The translations under genes were made by a program, and so were the position numbers. The notes below the pieces were generated by a model. The model made no database searches. It was not told the DNA's origin and was given only the letters and a program-made list of their open reading frames with translations. From Naegleria gruberi (taxonomy: Eukaryota): 64,000 nucleotides of DNA. This document shows, piece after piece, positions 10,700 through 21,622 of the stretch; the first letter of the stretch is position 1; every line of letters starts with the position of its first letter. The stretch lies in the NCBI GenBank assembly GCA_000004985.1, contig GG738845.1; one strand, given 5' to 3'.

Positions 10700-11989
10700 A
10701 TGAGCACAATGCAGACAATTCATCAACAATCAACGATATCATTGGATGCTCACTATCGACAACAACAACAACCTGAGATGATAATAATAGATGACATAGA
10801 GGAGGAACAACAAACCGATAATACTAGTATGGTGACCGATATTGTTGTTAACGGTAATGAAAATATTGATGTGAGTAGAGCGGTGAAAAGTAATGGCAAA
10901 ATTGAAAAGAGGAAACGGATGCTGGAAAGGAGAAGGAACAAGATACATCAAATTAAAAGGAAATGGAAGGAAGTGAATAATATGCGAGCTTGTGTAGAAG
11001 AGGAAGTTGAAGAAAATAATGCAACAACTAACTGTGGTAATGCAATTTCCAAAGATGACTTGAAGAATGTGCTGTCATCTTTACTCGAAGGAACAGTCCT
11101 ACAAGCTATGAAGACAATGCAAGAGGAAATATCTTCTCTCAAGGAGCAACAGGAAACACTCCTCTCTATAATAGCCAAATCCGAAACTTCAAATAATACC
11201 ACTAGTGTTATTACCACTCCACAATCATCTACTTCCACTACTCCTACTCCTCCTCATCATTTCTCTAAGCAACAACCTTCACAAGTACCACCACCACCAT
11301 CATCACACCTCTTACATCAACCTAAGCATCACGGTTCTGTAGATAAAGATTGCTGGGTTATTTGGAATAATGCAATTTATGACAAGTTACATCTTTTGAG
11401 AAGAATGAAAACAATTAAATATCATGAATGGGAAGATTTCGTGGCAAGAGATGCTCTCATTTGGAGGCGACACTTTGAATTGAAAGATCAATATAAAACC
11501 TCTGACAAGAAACAACATTACACACAATATGTGGACTATATTAGTCCAGTAATGCATGCTAAGGAATTTCTTGGAAAAACCCTCCAAAAAATCAGAGAAG
11601 GATCATTCAAGAACAAGGAAGTATCTCAAGATATGCTTAACAAAATGCTCGATAGTGTTTCAAAGGAGGCCAACATTGGCCCATACCAACAAGACATGCT
11701 CAAGAAGAAGGAAATTACACCCAAGTCCAAGATTAACTCACCTTTCTGGTGGTTGAATCTCGATATTTATAGACAGCTTTCAATTTTGGTGGAAATGAAA
11801 ATTGTTTCCAAAGTTGATTGGAATAATTACATGAAAAAGGTAATGCAACTGAGTGACTCGATTTTGGTTGAAACTGACCGAGCCCAGAAAATCATTACCT
11901 TTGGCGAGGATTTAATGAAATCTATCAAAGAAAAGACCTCTACTGACAAGTGGTTCCAATTTTTACAAAAGAAGAGATTGGAAGAGTAA
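10700..11989 (+). CDS. Hypothetical protein of 429 aa with a basic patch (KRKRMLERRRNK), S/T/P/Q-rich linker and predicted coiled coil
   Basis: A long intron-free ORF with A-rich start context (acaaaaaaaATGagc). I cannot assign any domain. Confidence 0.45.
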   Translation: MSTMQTIHQQSTISLDAHYRQQQQPEMIIIDDIEEEQQTDNTSMVTDIVVNGNENIDVSRAVKSNGKIEKRKRMLERRRNKIHQIKRKWKEVNNMRACVEEEVEENNATTNCGNAISKDDLKNVLSSLLEGTVLQAMKTMQEEISSLKEQQETLLSIIAKSETSNNTTSVITTPQSSTSTTPTPPHHFSKQQPSQVPPPPSSHLLHQPKHHGSVDKDCWVIWNNAIYDKLHLLRRMKTIKYHEWEDFVARDALIWRRHFELKDQYKTSDKKQHYTQYVDYISPVMHAKEFLGKTLQKIREGSFKNKEVSQDMLNKMLDSVSKEANIGPYQQDMLKKKEITPKSKINSPFWWLNLDIYRQLSILVEMKIVSKVDWNNYMKKVMQLSDSILVETDRAQKIITFGEDLMKSIKEKTSTDKWFQFLQKKRLEE

Positions 11990-12187
11990 GTTACATACTA
12001 CACAATCCAATTTTGCGAGTAAAGGACTGTGTTTAAAATAATTGTTTTCTTCTTTTTTTCTGTTTTCTTCATTCACCCAGGTGTTATTAATTACCAAAGC
12101 CATGCTAAGAATAAATAAAATGTGAAACGGTTTTTCAAAAACACAACCGTTACATTTCAAATTTAAAAAAAAAGCAACAACAACAAT

Positions 12188-14722
12188 ATGGCACCCAATA
12201 TCACCTCCAAAGCCAACAATGTGGTCTTTATCGACGCAACACCATCCACACCAACTAAAAAGACCACCAAACAACGTTCTACCACACCCATCAAGTCTCC
12301 CACCAAAAACACAATCATGAATTTCTTCTCCACCAAGAAACAAACACCCTCATTGTCAATTACAACACAATCTACAAACAACAGCTGTTGTCTTACAGTG
12401 GCATCACACACTGCTACAACCACCACTCCTCTTCCTCCTACTACAAATGCTAGCACCACCACAAGAAATAATGATGCCCTTTCGATAACCTCCGAGGAGG
12501 ATGATGTTATCATGATTGAATCATCACAAGAAAGTTTAATTATTACTAATAGATTACCTCAAGTTGTGGTTATGGAAATGATTAATGATAGTCATATTGT
12601 TAATAATAATAATAATACTAATAATAACATGATAACATCCATGATGACTGGTGTTAATACCACTCCAAAGAATGACAAGAAGAGAAAGTATGAATTATCA
12701 CCATCTACCGATGAAGAAAAGAAGGAAAATATTGATCCTAAACAAATGAATGCAATTCCATCTTCACCAATTGTTTCACCAAAGAAGAAGAAACTAAAAG
12801 AAACTATTGTTACTGCTTCTGATAGTATTGCTAATACTACTGCTGCTACTACTGCTACAACTCCTTCCTCAACAACAATTAGTGATAAAACACCAACAAG
12901 TGTCGAAGAATGTGAAGAACTAATTCAACAACTTGTTAATGAAGTGAAAAATCTCAAACCATCATTAGATGACTCTTCAAAGTTGAGAAAGGATGAAAAG
13001 ATTAAAAAGTACTTGAAGAAATTATTTGAATTTTGTCAATCCAATAAGGAATTCCAAGCCAATAAGAATACCTATCCATTCAAACCTGCATTTATTAATT
13101 TATTGATTGCTTACTGTCAAGGTGTTGCCTCTCTAGATGTTGATGAGTTGATTCAGGATGTGAGAAAGTCATGGATTAAGATTGCCCAAAAGAAGCAACT
13201 CGTTACTGGAACAATTGATGAAAATACCATTGACAATTTACTGCCAACAATTGATGCCATGAAGAATGCCATCAATTTGCACTTGGAGAGAAAGGTTTAT
13301 GGTGTTAAGGATTTGTGTGAAATTAGTGTTTGGGAAGCAAGAAAACTTTCCTCTCTCACCACCAAGGTTGGTTCCACAGCTAGAGATTGTGCCACCCTGG
13401 CTAAGCAAATGAGAAGTAACTTTAAAAAGATTGCTGAAACTAAAGGAAAGGAAATTAACAAGTTACAAAAGCTCAAAGTCAAATTGGAGAAGCAAGCTGC
13501 TAAGGAAACTAAGAAGGAAGCAAAGAAGGAGGCAAAGAAGGAAGTTGCCTCGAATGCTGCCACTCTCACCTCTCCAAAGAAGAATAAGCAAACTCAAGTC
13601 AAGTGTAAGAGTATCACACTTTTCACACAAAAATGTAACATTCTTAAAGAGGATAAGGTTGTTTCTGCTCCTGTTTGTAGAGTTCAAAGTGGAAAGACCA
13701 TTGAAGAAATTGATTTGGCAATTGCTGCTCAAAACTATCCAGTCTCTCTCAAGGAAACAATTGCCTCCATGAAGAAGAATCCACTCAAAAAGCCAAAAGT
13801 TGCCTTCAAATTCATTTCACTCTTTGGTAAGGTTCATACTTTCCATAAGGACGAAGAAGAGTGCCAATCCACTGTTGTTAACGGAAGAAAACCACTTGCT
13901 AAGGATCCAAACATGACCTATCCAGAAGAGGATGAGGAAGAGATGGAAGAATTGGTTTTGGGTGAAGCTGATCTTGCTGTTGAAGGTGAATGCCTCGATT
14001 CTGAAGATGATGATGGTGAAGAACTTGAATTTGATTCAGAAGACGATGTAAATATGGAGGAAGATAATATTTGTGCTGATGACATTATTGAATATGAGGA
14101 TGGTAAGATTGAACATGTTGAAACAAGTGAAATCTCCAAGGATCAACAAAAGAAGAAGAAGAGACAACAATTATCTGATTTGGATCCAATCTTTGAATGT
14201 TCAAATCAATTACAAGAAGTTACTTTCACTGTTGATGAAGATTTCATCTTTGACATTTCTGAATTGAATTGCAATCAAGTGTTTTGGTGGCAAAATCAAT
14301 CAGCTCCAAAGAAGAATGTCACTGCCACTGAAACTGAAGCTAAGAATGCAACCAGTTCAACTGATGCCACCAATTCAGACAAGATGGATACTACTTCTGA
14401 TGGAACAACCACAACAGAAACAGGTGAAAAGAAAAGCAAGCCTAAAAAGCAACAAGGTGCTTCTGTTCCAGGAGAAATCAAGTTTGTCAATCAAACAGAC
14501 TCTTTCACCTCTCCTTCCAAGTCTGATGTTTGGGAATCTGGTCAAATGGAACATTTGAAGATCATTCTCACTACATGTGCAACTAAACCAGAAATTGTCG
14601 CTGCCATGCTTCAAAAATTCCCATCTCTCTCAAAGAACAGAGTCAATAAGAAGATTAAGGACATTGTTGTCAAGGAAAAGAGAGATGGCGATAGTAAGAC
14701 CAAATTTTATTTGAAGGAATAA
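12188..14722 (+). CDS. Hypothetical K/S/T-rich, acidic-patch protein of 844 aa, possibly nuclear
   Basis: A long ORF with start context caacaatATGgca. It contains poly-N/T tracts, a KKEAKKEAKKE repeat and a D/E-rich segment. There is no recognisable catalytic domain. Confidence 0.45.
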   Translation: MAPNITSKANNVVFIDATPSTPTKKTTKQRSTTPIKSPTKNTIMNFFSTKKQTPSLSITTQSTNNSCCLTVASHTATTTTPLPPTTNASTTTRNNDALSITSEEDDVIMIESSQESLIITNRLPQVVVMEMINDSHIVNNNNNTNNNMITSMMTGVNTTPKNDKKRKYELSPSTDEEKKENIDPKQMNAIPSSPIVSPKKKKLKETIVTASDSIANTTAATTATTPSSTTISDKTPTSVEECEELIQQLVNEVKNLKPSLDDSSKLRKDEKIKKYLKKLFEFCQSNKEFQANKNTYPFKPAFINLLIAYCQGVASLDVDELIQDVRKSWIKIAQKKQLVTGTIDENTIDNLLPTIDAMKNAINLHLERKVYGVKDLCEISVWEARKLSSLTTKVGSTARDCATLAKQMRSNFKKIAETKGKEINKLQKLKVKLEKQAAKETKKEAKKEAKKEVASNAATLTSPKKNKQTQVKCKSITLFTQKCNILKEDKVVSAPVCRVQSGKTIEEIDLAIAAQNYPVSLKETIASMKKNPLKKPKVAFKFISLFGKVHTFHKDEEECQSTVVNGRKPLAKDPNMTYPEEDEEEMEELVLGEADLAVEGECLDSEDDDGEELEFDSEDDVNMEEDNICADDIIEYEDGKIEHVETSEISKDQQKKKKRQQLSDLDPIFECSNQLQEVTFTVDEDFIFDISELNCNQVFWWQNQSAPKKNVTATETEAKNATSSTDATNSDKMDTTSDGTTTTETGEKKSKPKKQQGASVPGEIKFVNQTDSFTSPSKSDVWESGQMEHLKIILTTCATKPEIVAAMLQKFPSLSKNRVNKKIKDIVVKEKRDGDSKTKFYLKE

Positions 14723-14857
14723 TTCAATCAGCTGAATATTTTTTCTCTCTTCAACATTGAAGAAGTGTTTGAAAGAAAAAACTCTAGTTATATGTAGCAT
14801 TAATAAAAAAAATTCAATAAATGGAATGGGCCTTTTGTGATAGTTAAAATCAACTAA

Positions 14858-16075
14858 TTAATTTTGGTTTGGTATTTGTGTATTGCCTGTATCAACAACA
14901 CCTAGACTCATAACCTGGAAGTAAACTGAAGGATGAATGAGAGATCGTCTTGGTGATTTCAAAAGGTGAGCCTCAAAGAATGTTCCCTCTTCTTTTGGTG
15001 GTTGCTTTTCAAGTTTCTTTGAGAGTAATCTTACATGTGAAAAATATTTACAGGTTTCACCTAGAACTGTTCTATCATCTAGTTCATGTAGAGTATAATT
15101 AGTGTACAAGAAGGCAATTTGATATTTTCTGGCAATTTTCTTCATTAGTCGAATTATTTCGTCCAAACTTAAATCCTCCTTTTCTGATATCTTGCTATTG
15201 ACCTTTGACTGTACAAGAGAGGTCAAAATAACAGCCAAACTATCAATTACTACCAATCGAAGAGAGTTGTAGAAATTATCTTGTTCACTTTCTATGAGTT
15301 TAACCAATTCTATTAACAGAGTCTTCAATTCTTCCGGTGTTGAAACATCCAACACTCTGATTTTTGTAAATGTCTCTACGAGTGAGCAAATTTCATCAGC
15401 TTCCACTTGTGACTGTTGTGTAGCTTGAGATTGTCTAATTTGTTCATTATATAGATTGCTCTTTGATTCATACATCATGGCAAATTCTCTTGCATTGAAA
15501 GATGAATTTGTTGAAATCCACAAAACTGTATCTGAATTCTTTTCAATAATGGTATTGAGTGACACAGTTTTACAGAGACAAGTTTTTCCACTTGATTGAA
15601 ATCCAACAATTTCTGTCAATTCTCCACATTGAATTCCTCCATCCAACAAGCTATCCAATTGACCACTTCCTGTATTCAGTCCAGAAACTCTAATTTTACC
15701 ATCATTGAGTGCCATTTGTTCTACACTGACACTCTTTGGAGCATATCTTCCCAACAAGTATTCTTGTAAAATATAAACTTGTTTTTTTACAATATTCATA
15801 TTAAAATTAAAATTTGATGGAAGCGATTTGATAGAATATTTTCCATTATTATCAGTCTCCTCTTCCTGCACAGATACAACCCTTTCATCCTGATTTTGTA
15901 GAGCAACAACACTCTCATTATTCTGCAATTCCGAATTGTACCACCTCTGCATTCTGTTCGTCAAATTTCCGGCTGAATTGAAAACAACATCTTCCACACT
16001 CTCAATCCCACTCCCACACATCAAAATGTACAGTGATCGAGGAATGTTATTCTTATGTTCGGATAGTAGAGGCAT
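14858..16075 (-). CDS. RAD51 paralog (RecA-fold, XRCC3/RAD51C/RAD51D-like)
   Basis: LNTGSGQLDSLLDGGIQCGELTEIVGFQSSGKTCLCKTV matches the RAD51-paralog pattern (TGxxxLDxLLGGGIxxGxITEIxGxxGxGKTQxC) including Walker A. A Walker B-like hhhhD motif (LRLVVIDSLAVIL) follows. There is an N-terminal extension of about 130 aa. Confidence 0.65.
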   Translation of the reverse strand: MPLLSEHKNNIPRSLYILMCGSGIESVEDVVFNSAGNLTNRMQRWYNSELQNNESVVALQNQDERVVSVQEEETDNNGKYSIKSLPSNFNFNMNIVKKQVYILQEYLLGRYAPKSVSVEQMALNDGKIRVSGLNTGSGQLDSLLDGGIQCGELTEIVGFQSSGKTCLCKTVSLNTIIEKNSDTVLWISTNSSFNAREFAMMYESKSNLYNEQIRQSQATQQSQVEADEICSLVETFTKIRVLDVSTPEELKTLLIELVKLIESEQDNFYNSLRLVVIDSLAVILTSLVQSKVNSKISEKEDLSLDEIIRLMKKIARKYQIAFLYTNYTLHELDDRTVLGETCKYFSHVRLLSKKLEKQPPKEEGTFFEAHLLKSPRRSLIHPSVYFQVMSLGVVDTGNTQIPNQN

Positions 16076-16268
16076 TTTTTTTATTATTATTTGAATATTT
16101 TAATATTTAAAATTCTCCCAATCAGTGGATATATAAGACTAATATTTGGGCGGGAAATAATTATTAGTGGGCCACGGAATTACAGTCAAGAACAAATGGT
16201 GAAGATTTACTAGAATTCTCAAATGAAAGATTTTAATCTCATTATTTCTTCTTACTGCTTGTTGTTAG

Positions 16269-19200
16269 TTAGTTGTGAATAATTTTGAATTTGTAATTGA
16301 TGCTCGATTCATCATGGTTCACCTTTTCACAATAGCACAAGAATTTCAAGTGGTGACCCAGTACTAATTCCCTTGCTTGTTTGAAAGTTTCTGAGCCAGT
16401 GACTGGAAGTTTCTTATTTGTTGTTGCTCCTTTCTTGTAGGCAAATATTTGCTGAATAGCTCTTGTATCCAGAGTCAATGTTACATGCTTTCCAACCTTT
16501 ACTTGGAATAGGAGGTCATGATCTGGTTTGGTAAATTTATGATTGCAATGGCCACATATTTGATCTGTATCCACAAACCAGGTTGAATCTGAAGTAAGTT
16601 GTTTTTGACAATGTGGACAAACAGGAACTGTTGGACGATCTCCAATTTCTAAAATGTCTGAAATATATCCTTCCACATTTCCAACACTTTTCTCAAAGCA
16701 AGTAAACTCATAATTAATAGAATTGAGAATGGATTGTGATTGAATCTTTCTTCCATTTTTCTTTAAAAATCCTTCTTCTACTCTCAATCTGACGCTGTAT
16801 GGGAATTTCACATCACTTGCTTGTTCCAATCCACTACTAGTGGAAGGATAAATCATTGAAAATTTGTCTGCTATTAATTGAGTAGACTCGTGCATATCCT
16901 CAGTTCTTTTTACCAATATATTGTGAATAGTTACATTTGTTCTATTGCTACTAAAACCATATGCGACAGCCAATAGCATGGATGTTTCTAACAATAGACT
17001 ATCCAATCGTAAAATGATATTAGAATGTTTCTGTAATACATAAACGGAAAACTTAGTGGTATTATCATGATTATTTTCGGCTATATAAATAATCTTTCCC
17101 TCAATGTCACATCTGTGTACTCTCGAGCTATTTTCATCATTCACTACGTCTTCAACACCTCCATGAGATTGTTGAGTATCTCCAGAAATTGGTTGATCGA
17201 AATTATAATACAAGCTATGTTTGTAGGAAGAATGAGGAGCAATATTTTCAGGAATTGGATCTACACCAATGACGGAGCCCATACTGAAATTATCTTCTGG
17301 AGGAATAAATTTACAAGAGGTGTGTTGTTTGTTTGTGGTAAAGAAATATACAGGAATGAGAGGATTGGTAAATTCGCTTGAATTAGAATAATTACTCAAT
17401 TGGGAATCAGTTGTAAGATTATGTTCAGTGTGATACATTGGTGAAACAATGGAATATAATTCATCATTTGGTCCAATATAAATTCTATCCTTAAATGAAC
17501 AAACATCAAATTGGAAAATTTTGCCTTGAGAAATGTTAGGGTCAAATATTGATTTCCAATAATCATATTCATGACTACCTGAAGGGAGTAAAATTACACA
17601 AAGACTTCTTGATTTGGAACATTGAATGAGAACACTGTTGGACATGTTTGATTCATTTGCAAGTTGAGGAATTCTATTGTAAATCTCATTAAAAGAGCTT
17701 TCCAATGTTTGTCTAATATAATCATAACTCCAAACACGTTGTATTACTCCCTGAATGTTAACATAATAAGATGGGAAGAAGGCTGAATGAAGTTGTTTGT
17801 AAATGATTTCAAACTTCTTTGTGAAAGGACCATTTGAAATTCTGGAAATTAAATGATAATTTCTTTCATAATCCTGTTCACTTTGGGATGAAAAGTCAAT
17901 TCTTCTTCTTGGAGTGTTGATAATATTCTTATGTCTGACATGGGTTGGAGTTGATCTAATACCTTGGGAAGTTCTTGGAGGAGTTGAAGGTGTTGCATTA
18001 TCATCACCTGTCAAGTCCATATTATCCTCATTGGAATCTTTAGAAAGCATTGGGAATGTAAATTTTGACTCTAGTTGTTCAATATCTTGTTTCAACTCGT
18101 TAACATCTGAAGATTGAGAATTACATTTCATTTCAAAAACGTAGGATATTACAGGTCTTGGTCTGAAAATCCAATCACTATTTGAATCATGGGGATCGCT
18201 AGATGGTGTAATGTGGAATAAATTTGTTGCAATTTCAATAATACTTCCAGGTTCTAAATTCCACTTGTCTCTCATTTCTCTTAAGAGGAATACATCAAAG
18301 AAATCATTTTCTTCCAAATTTTTTTGAAGTATTTCATTATCGTGAGGTTGGGTAGGTCTTTTTAACATTTTACAAATACATAGAGACAGATTCGGATAAA
18401 TTTGTGGTGAAGAACTGAAAACTAGAATTTTCAAAACCATACTGTCTTTTGGGGAGTTAGGTTGTGATAAAGTCATACCAGAACCAATATTGGCAAATAC
18501 TTTTTCATTCAAGCATCCATTAACTGCTCTAATAAGTTTAGAAACAAATCTACCTGATGATTTTACAGTTAGAATCTTCTTTAAATGTTCCCATTGTGAA
18601 AAGAATTGATCAGTACTATTTCCTGATGATGACTGTTGAGAAAGAGAAACTGTACGTTCAGCCACTGGTGGTGCCTTTGATTTTCTGAGTTTATCTAACC
18701 AACTTTCTCCAACAACATTATTATCATTTACAGTGTTATTTTCAGTCATGACATCATCTTCAATATCCTCGTCAGCTACTACTTTGGATTTTCTGTTGGA
18801 GAAGAGTAAATTTTCAACCTCACTTTCTCTTGGATTTCCAACTTTTTTCTTAATTCCCTTTAGTCTAGTTTCCAAATCAAATCCATCTTCTCCTGATATA
18901 ACGATATTATTATTCTTTGGTGGGGATATTTGTTTAGGTTGTTGTGGTGGAGGAGCACTTTTTTGAATTTGTTGAGGGGTTGAATAATTAATGGCAGAAA
19001 CCATTTGACTGAATTGTTTGTCTCTATTATTCATTGTTGTAGTATCTTCCTCTTCACTATCAGTAACAATTAAATCATCAATATCAATTGTTGGTTTTGA
19101 AGATGTCCTATTATTCATCACTTGTTTTTGTTGTGTTAAATAAGTTGAAATGAGTGCAGAATTATTAAGTGTAGCTTGAGGTGCACTTGCAAATAGTGCT

Positions 19201-20204
19201 GCATTCACTCCACTCAATACAGCCATTGTTGGTACTGGAATAGTTGGATTTGTTTCTTCATCTGAAAAATCGTCAATATCGTCATCTTTTTCAATTTCCT
19301 TTGGTATATGATAGGATATTGAATTATTTTGAGATTTTCTTTTTTGAGTTGGTGTTTTGTGAGGTGTAGAACTATAATAGTGTGATGAAGATTTTCTTGT
19401 ACTGGCAGATGAATTATACGAGAAAGAAGGAGGAACAATAGTCTTCTCTAGAGATGGAATTATTCCTTTGTTCAATGGTTGTGACATTTGAGAAGATGTT
19501 GTAGATTTGGTTTGAGATTCCTCATCGTAATTCATATCATTATCCTCATCTGATGAAGAATAATAAATTCCTGAAATTTTTTCTGGAATTGATTTCTTTG
19601 TAATTTTTCTCTTTTTTGGTGAGGTTGATCCCTTCTTTTTCTTGTTAGATTTGTTGGATGATTTGTTTAGACTAAGTGAAACACTTGGTTCATCGAAATA
19701 TTTATCAAAATCATCGTCACTAATCACTTCATCCTCTACTACTTTGGAATTTTTCTTAGGTGTTGGTTGTTTCTTCTTTCCAATCGGTAAACTCATATTA
19801 ACTTCATCATCTTGACTTTCTCTCATAGAAGATGAGGAAGATTTCTTCTTATCAAAAACAGCAGACAAGACAGCATTGCTTTCCTCTGGACTCACATCAA
19901 TTCCAGTCTTGTTTGCATTATCTTCATTTTGTGAATCCTCATAGAATGATTGTGAATCTTGTTGTTGCTTTCCATAAATTTTGGAAAATTTTGTTGGTTT
20001 GTAAGTAATTTCTTCATCAGAATCCGAAGATGATTCTCCACGAAATTGTATTCCTCCACCTCTTCCAACAACATTATTTCCTCTAGGTATTTGTTTTGAA
20101 AGGAGTGCAAGCTGTTTTTGCTCTGCATTTTGTCCTCCAGAGAGTGGTGTCCTAATGGAAACCTTGTTAGTATTCAATGGTGCGTTATTTCTAACTTTCC
20201 ACAT
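16269..20204 (-). CDS. Large (1311 aa) protein with a long disordered S/K-rich N-terminal half and a C-terminal OB-fold plus C4 zinc ribbon resembling RPA70 DBD-C. A candidate ssDNA-binding factor.
   Basis: A single intron-free ORF. The C-terminal CPHCQKQLTSDSTWFVDTDQICGHCNHKF is followed by LLFQVKVGKHVTLTLDTRAIQQIF. This mirrors the RPA70 C-terminal pattern CxxC..(15-20)..CxxC followed by YxLxLxIxDxTG..xxxFxxxAxxL. Upstream blocks are beta-rich and OB-like. The functional call is inference only. Confidence 0.5.
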   Translation of the reverse strand: MWKVRNNAPLNTNKVSIRTPLSGGQNAEQKQLALLSKQIPRGNNVVGRGGGIQFRGESSSDSDEEITYKPTKFSKIYGKQQQDSQSFYEDSQNEDNANKTGIDVSPEESNAVLSAVFDKKKSSSSSMRESQDDEVNMSLPIGKKKQPTPKKNSKVVEDEVISDDDFDKYFDEPSVSLSLNKSSNKSNKKKKGSTSPKKRKITKKSIPEKISGIYYSSSDEDNDMNYDEESQTKSTTSSQMSQPLNKGIIPSLEKTIVPPSFSYNSSASTRKSSSHYYSSTPHKTPTQKRKSQNNSISYHIPKEIEKDDDIDDFSDEETNPTIPVPTMAVLSGVNAALFASAPQATLNNSALISTYLTQQKQVMNNRTSSKPTIDIDDLIVTDSEEEDTTTMNNRDKQFSQMVSAINYSTPQQIQKSAPPPQQPKQISPPKNNNIVISGEDGFDLETRLKGIKKKVGNPRESEVENLLFSNRKSKVVADEDIEDDVMTENNTVNDNNVVGESWLDKLRKSKAPPVAERTVSLSQQSSSGNSTDQFFSQWEHLKKILTVKSSGRFVSKLIRAVNGCLNEKVFANIGSGMTLSQPNSPKDSMVLKILVFSSSPQIYPNLSLCICKMLKRPTQPHDNEILQKNLEENDFFDVFLLREMRDKWNLEPGSIIEIATNLFHITPSSDPHDSNSDWIFRPRPVISYVFEMKCNSQSSDVNELKQDIEQLESKFTFPMLSKDSNEDNMDLTGDDNATPSTPPRTSQGIRSTPTHVRHKNIINTPRRRIDFSSQSEQDYERNYHLISRISNGPFTKKFEIIYKQLHSAFFPSYYVNIQGVIQRVWSYDYIRQTLESSFNEIYNRIPQLANESNMSNSVLIQCSKSRSLCVILLPSGSHEYDYWKSIFDPNISQGKIFQFDVCSFKDRIYIGPNDELYSIVSPMYHTEHNLTTDSQLSNYSNSSEFTNPLIPVYFFTTNKQHTSCKFIPPEDNFSMGSVIGVDPIPENIAPHSSYKHSLYYNFDQPISGDTQQSHGGVEDVVNDENSSRVHRCDIEGKIIYIAENNHDNTTKFSVYVLQKHSNIILRLDSLLLETSMLLAVAYGFSSNRTNVTIHNILVKRTEDMHESTQLIADKFSMIYPSTSSGLEQASDVKFPYSVRLRVEEGFLKKNGRKIQSQSILNSINYEFTCFEKSVGNVEGYISDILEIGDRPTVPVCPHCQKQLTSDSTWFVDTDQICGHCNHKFTKPDHDLLFQVKVGKHVTLTLDTRAIQQIFAYKKGATTNKKLPVTGSETFKQARELVLGHHLKFLCYCEKVNHDESSINYKFKIIHN

Positions 20205-21439
20205 TTTCCTAGGATTTATTTGATGATAATAGAAGGCAAAAAGTAGCCTAAAAAGTTGAATTTATATTATTTGATGATCAAAAATATTTAATTTTGTGTG
20301 ATGAAGTAAATGTATGATCTCTGTGGTTGTTGATTTTTTTTTAATGATGAAAATTTTTCAACTTGGGGCTGGAAAACATGTGTTTGAAAAATCCAGAAAA
20401 ACAAGGAATCTTAAATGACCAACAATATTTTACCAGATAAGAATCAATCATGACTGGCCAAATTATTCGAAATTTTAAACTTTTCTTCTTAAGGTGGCGG
20501 TAGGGTCTTCCAAAAATATTCCTTCAATGAAAAAAAAAATGTTTGCAATGAAATACAATTTTGCTCCTTTACATTCTCATTGAACAAGCAATTATAAGCC
20601 ATCTTCGATTCATCTTTTATTCTACTTGCCTGTTTGATGTCTAATACTCTTCAAGTTTTTATACATCAATTTTCTATCATCATCACAAATATTTAATTTT
20701 TGTTATTTATAATTTGAATGCAGGGTTACTGTGCCAGTTTCACCTAGTTTCACTCATCAGAGAATACACACGATCCAACTACAAGTTGTCTATCTAATGA
20801 ATTGGTTCCGAGATGTTTGCTAATGCTTTGATTGTGATTTTGAGCAAAGTTTTGGCTGTTTTGAAATAAGCAAACAACAAAATAATCACAAAAAAAATGA
20901 AAAGAGGGTTGTGTTTTGGTGTGGGAGTAAAATAAGTTGTTTTGTCACCAAGATTCTATAATGTAAAGAATGGATTTGTTGGTAAAGTTCCTATTCACCA
21001 CAAGGAACTGAATGGCACTATTTGTTGTCTACATTACAAGCAATTTATTGACAAATATTATGAAATGGAGAAAAAATTCACAAACTCAAACTTAGGAACA
21101 ATTCAAACAGTACAACAAAATACCTCTACTCCAAATCAATGTTATCATTCCATGTACATTCCGAAAAAGCTATTACAACTCTGGTACCTTCGACCAACAA
21201 GTGTACTAATAACAAGAAAGTTTGAATTGTGTTCATAAATGATTTTTTATTAAAATTACTAAATTTGCCATTTTGCCAATAATAGATATTCGAATATTTG
21301 TAAACCAACATTTGCACTTCCAATTAAAATAGGCGAACCGCCACCTTAATTCTTTCTTTCAATAAGAAACAATTAATATTATTTAACTGGAAATTGTTTA
21401 AAAAAAATGAGCAGTTTAGTTTTTAACTATGGTAATACT

Positions 21440-21552
21440 TTTGTCAATGTGCCTCCCCAACAACAAATGTTGCTACAATTAATTTGACTGGATTATTGTC
21501 GAGTATTCTTCCATCATCAACAACTTTACAAAATTCGTTAATTATGATCCGA
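21440..21552 (+). repeat. Degenerate, frameshifted copy of the 5' coding end of the TAF13-like gene (the second copy is at 37415..37530)
   Basis: 21409 aaaaaaaATGagcagttt...ccccaacaacaaatgttgctacaattaatttgactggattattgtcgagtattcttccatcatcaacaactttacaaaattcgttaattatgatccgaaccaac aligns with 37392 aaaaaaaATGagtcaatat..ccccaacaacaaaatgttgatacaagtaatttgactggattattgtcgagtattaataatcttccatcatcacaacaaacctttacaaaattcgttaattatgatccgagccaag. Identity is about 88% over roughly 115 nt with several 1-6 nt indels. The 21.4-kb copy hits a stop after 27 codons. Confidence 0.7.
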
Positions 21553-21622
21553 ACCAACACTCAAGCTGAACAACCGTCAACACGCACGAAGTTAGCTTTT
21601 GTGTATTAATATTATTACATTT

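Noticed and set aside
16269-20204. BRCA2 identity for the large OB/zinc-ribbon protein next to the RAD51 paralog
   Set aside because: No BRC repeats (FxxA-type RAD51-binding motifs) or helical/tower domain could be recognised by eye. Only the RPA-like C-terminal OB/zinc ribbon is supported.
20487-21352. 13-nt inverted repeat TTAAGGTGGCGGT at about 20489 and about 21333
   Set aside because: At this length, about two chance matches are expected in 64 kb even after composition correction. Flanks do not extend the similarity.
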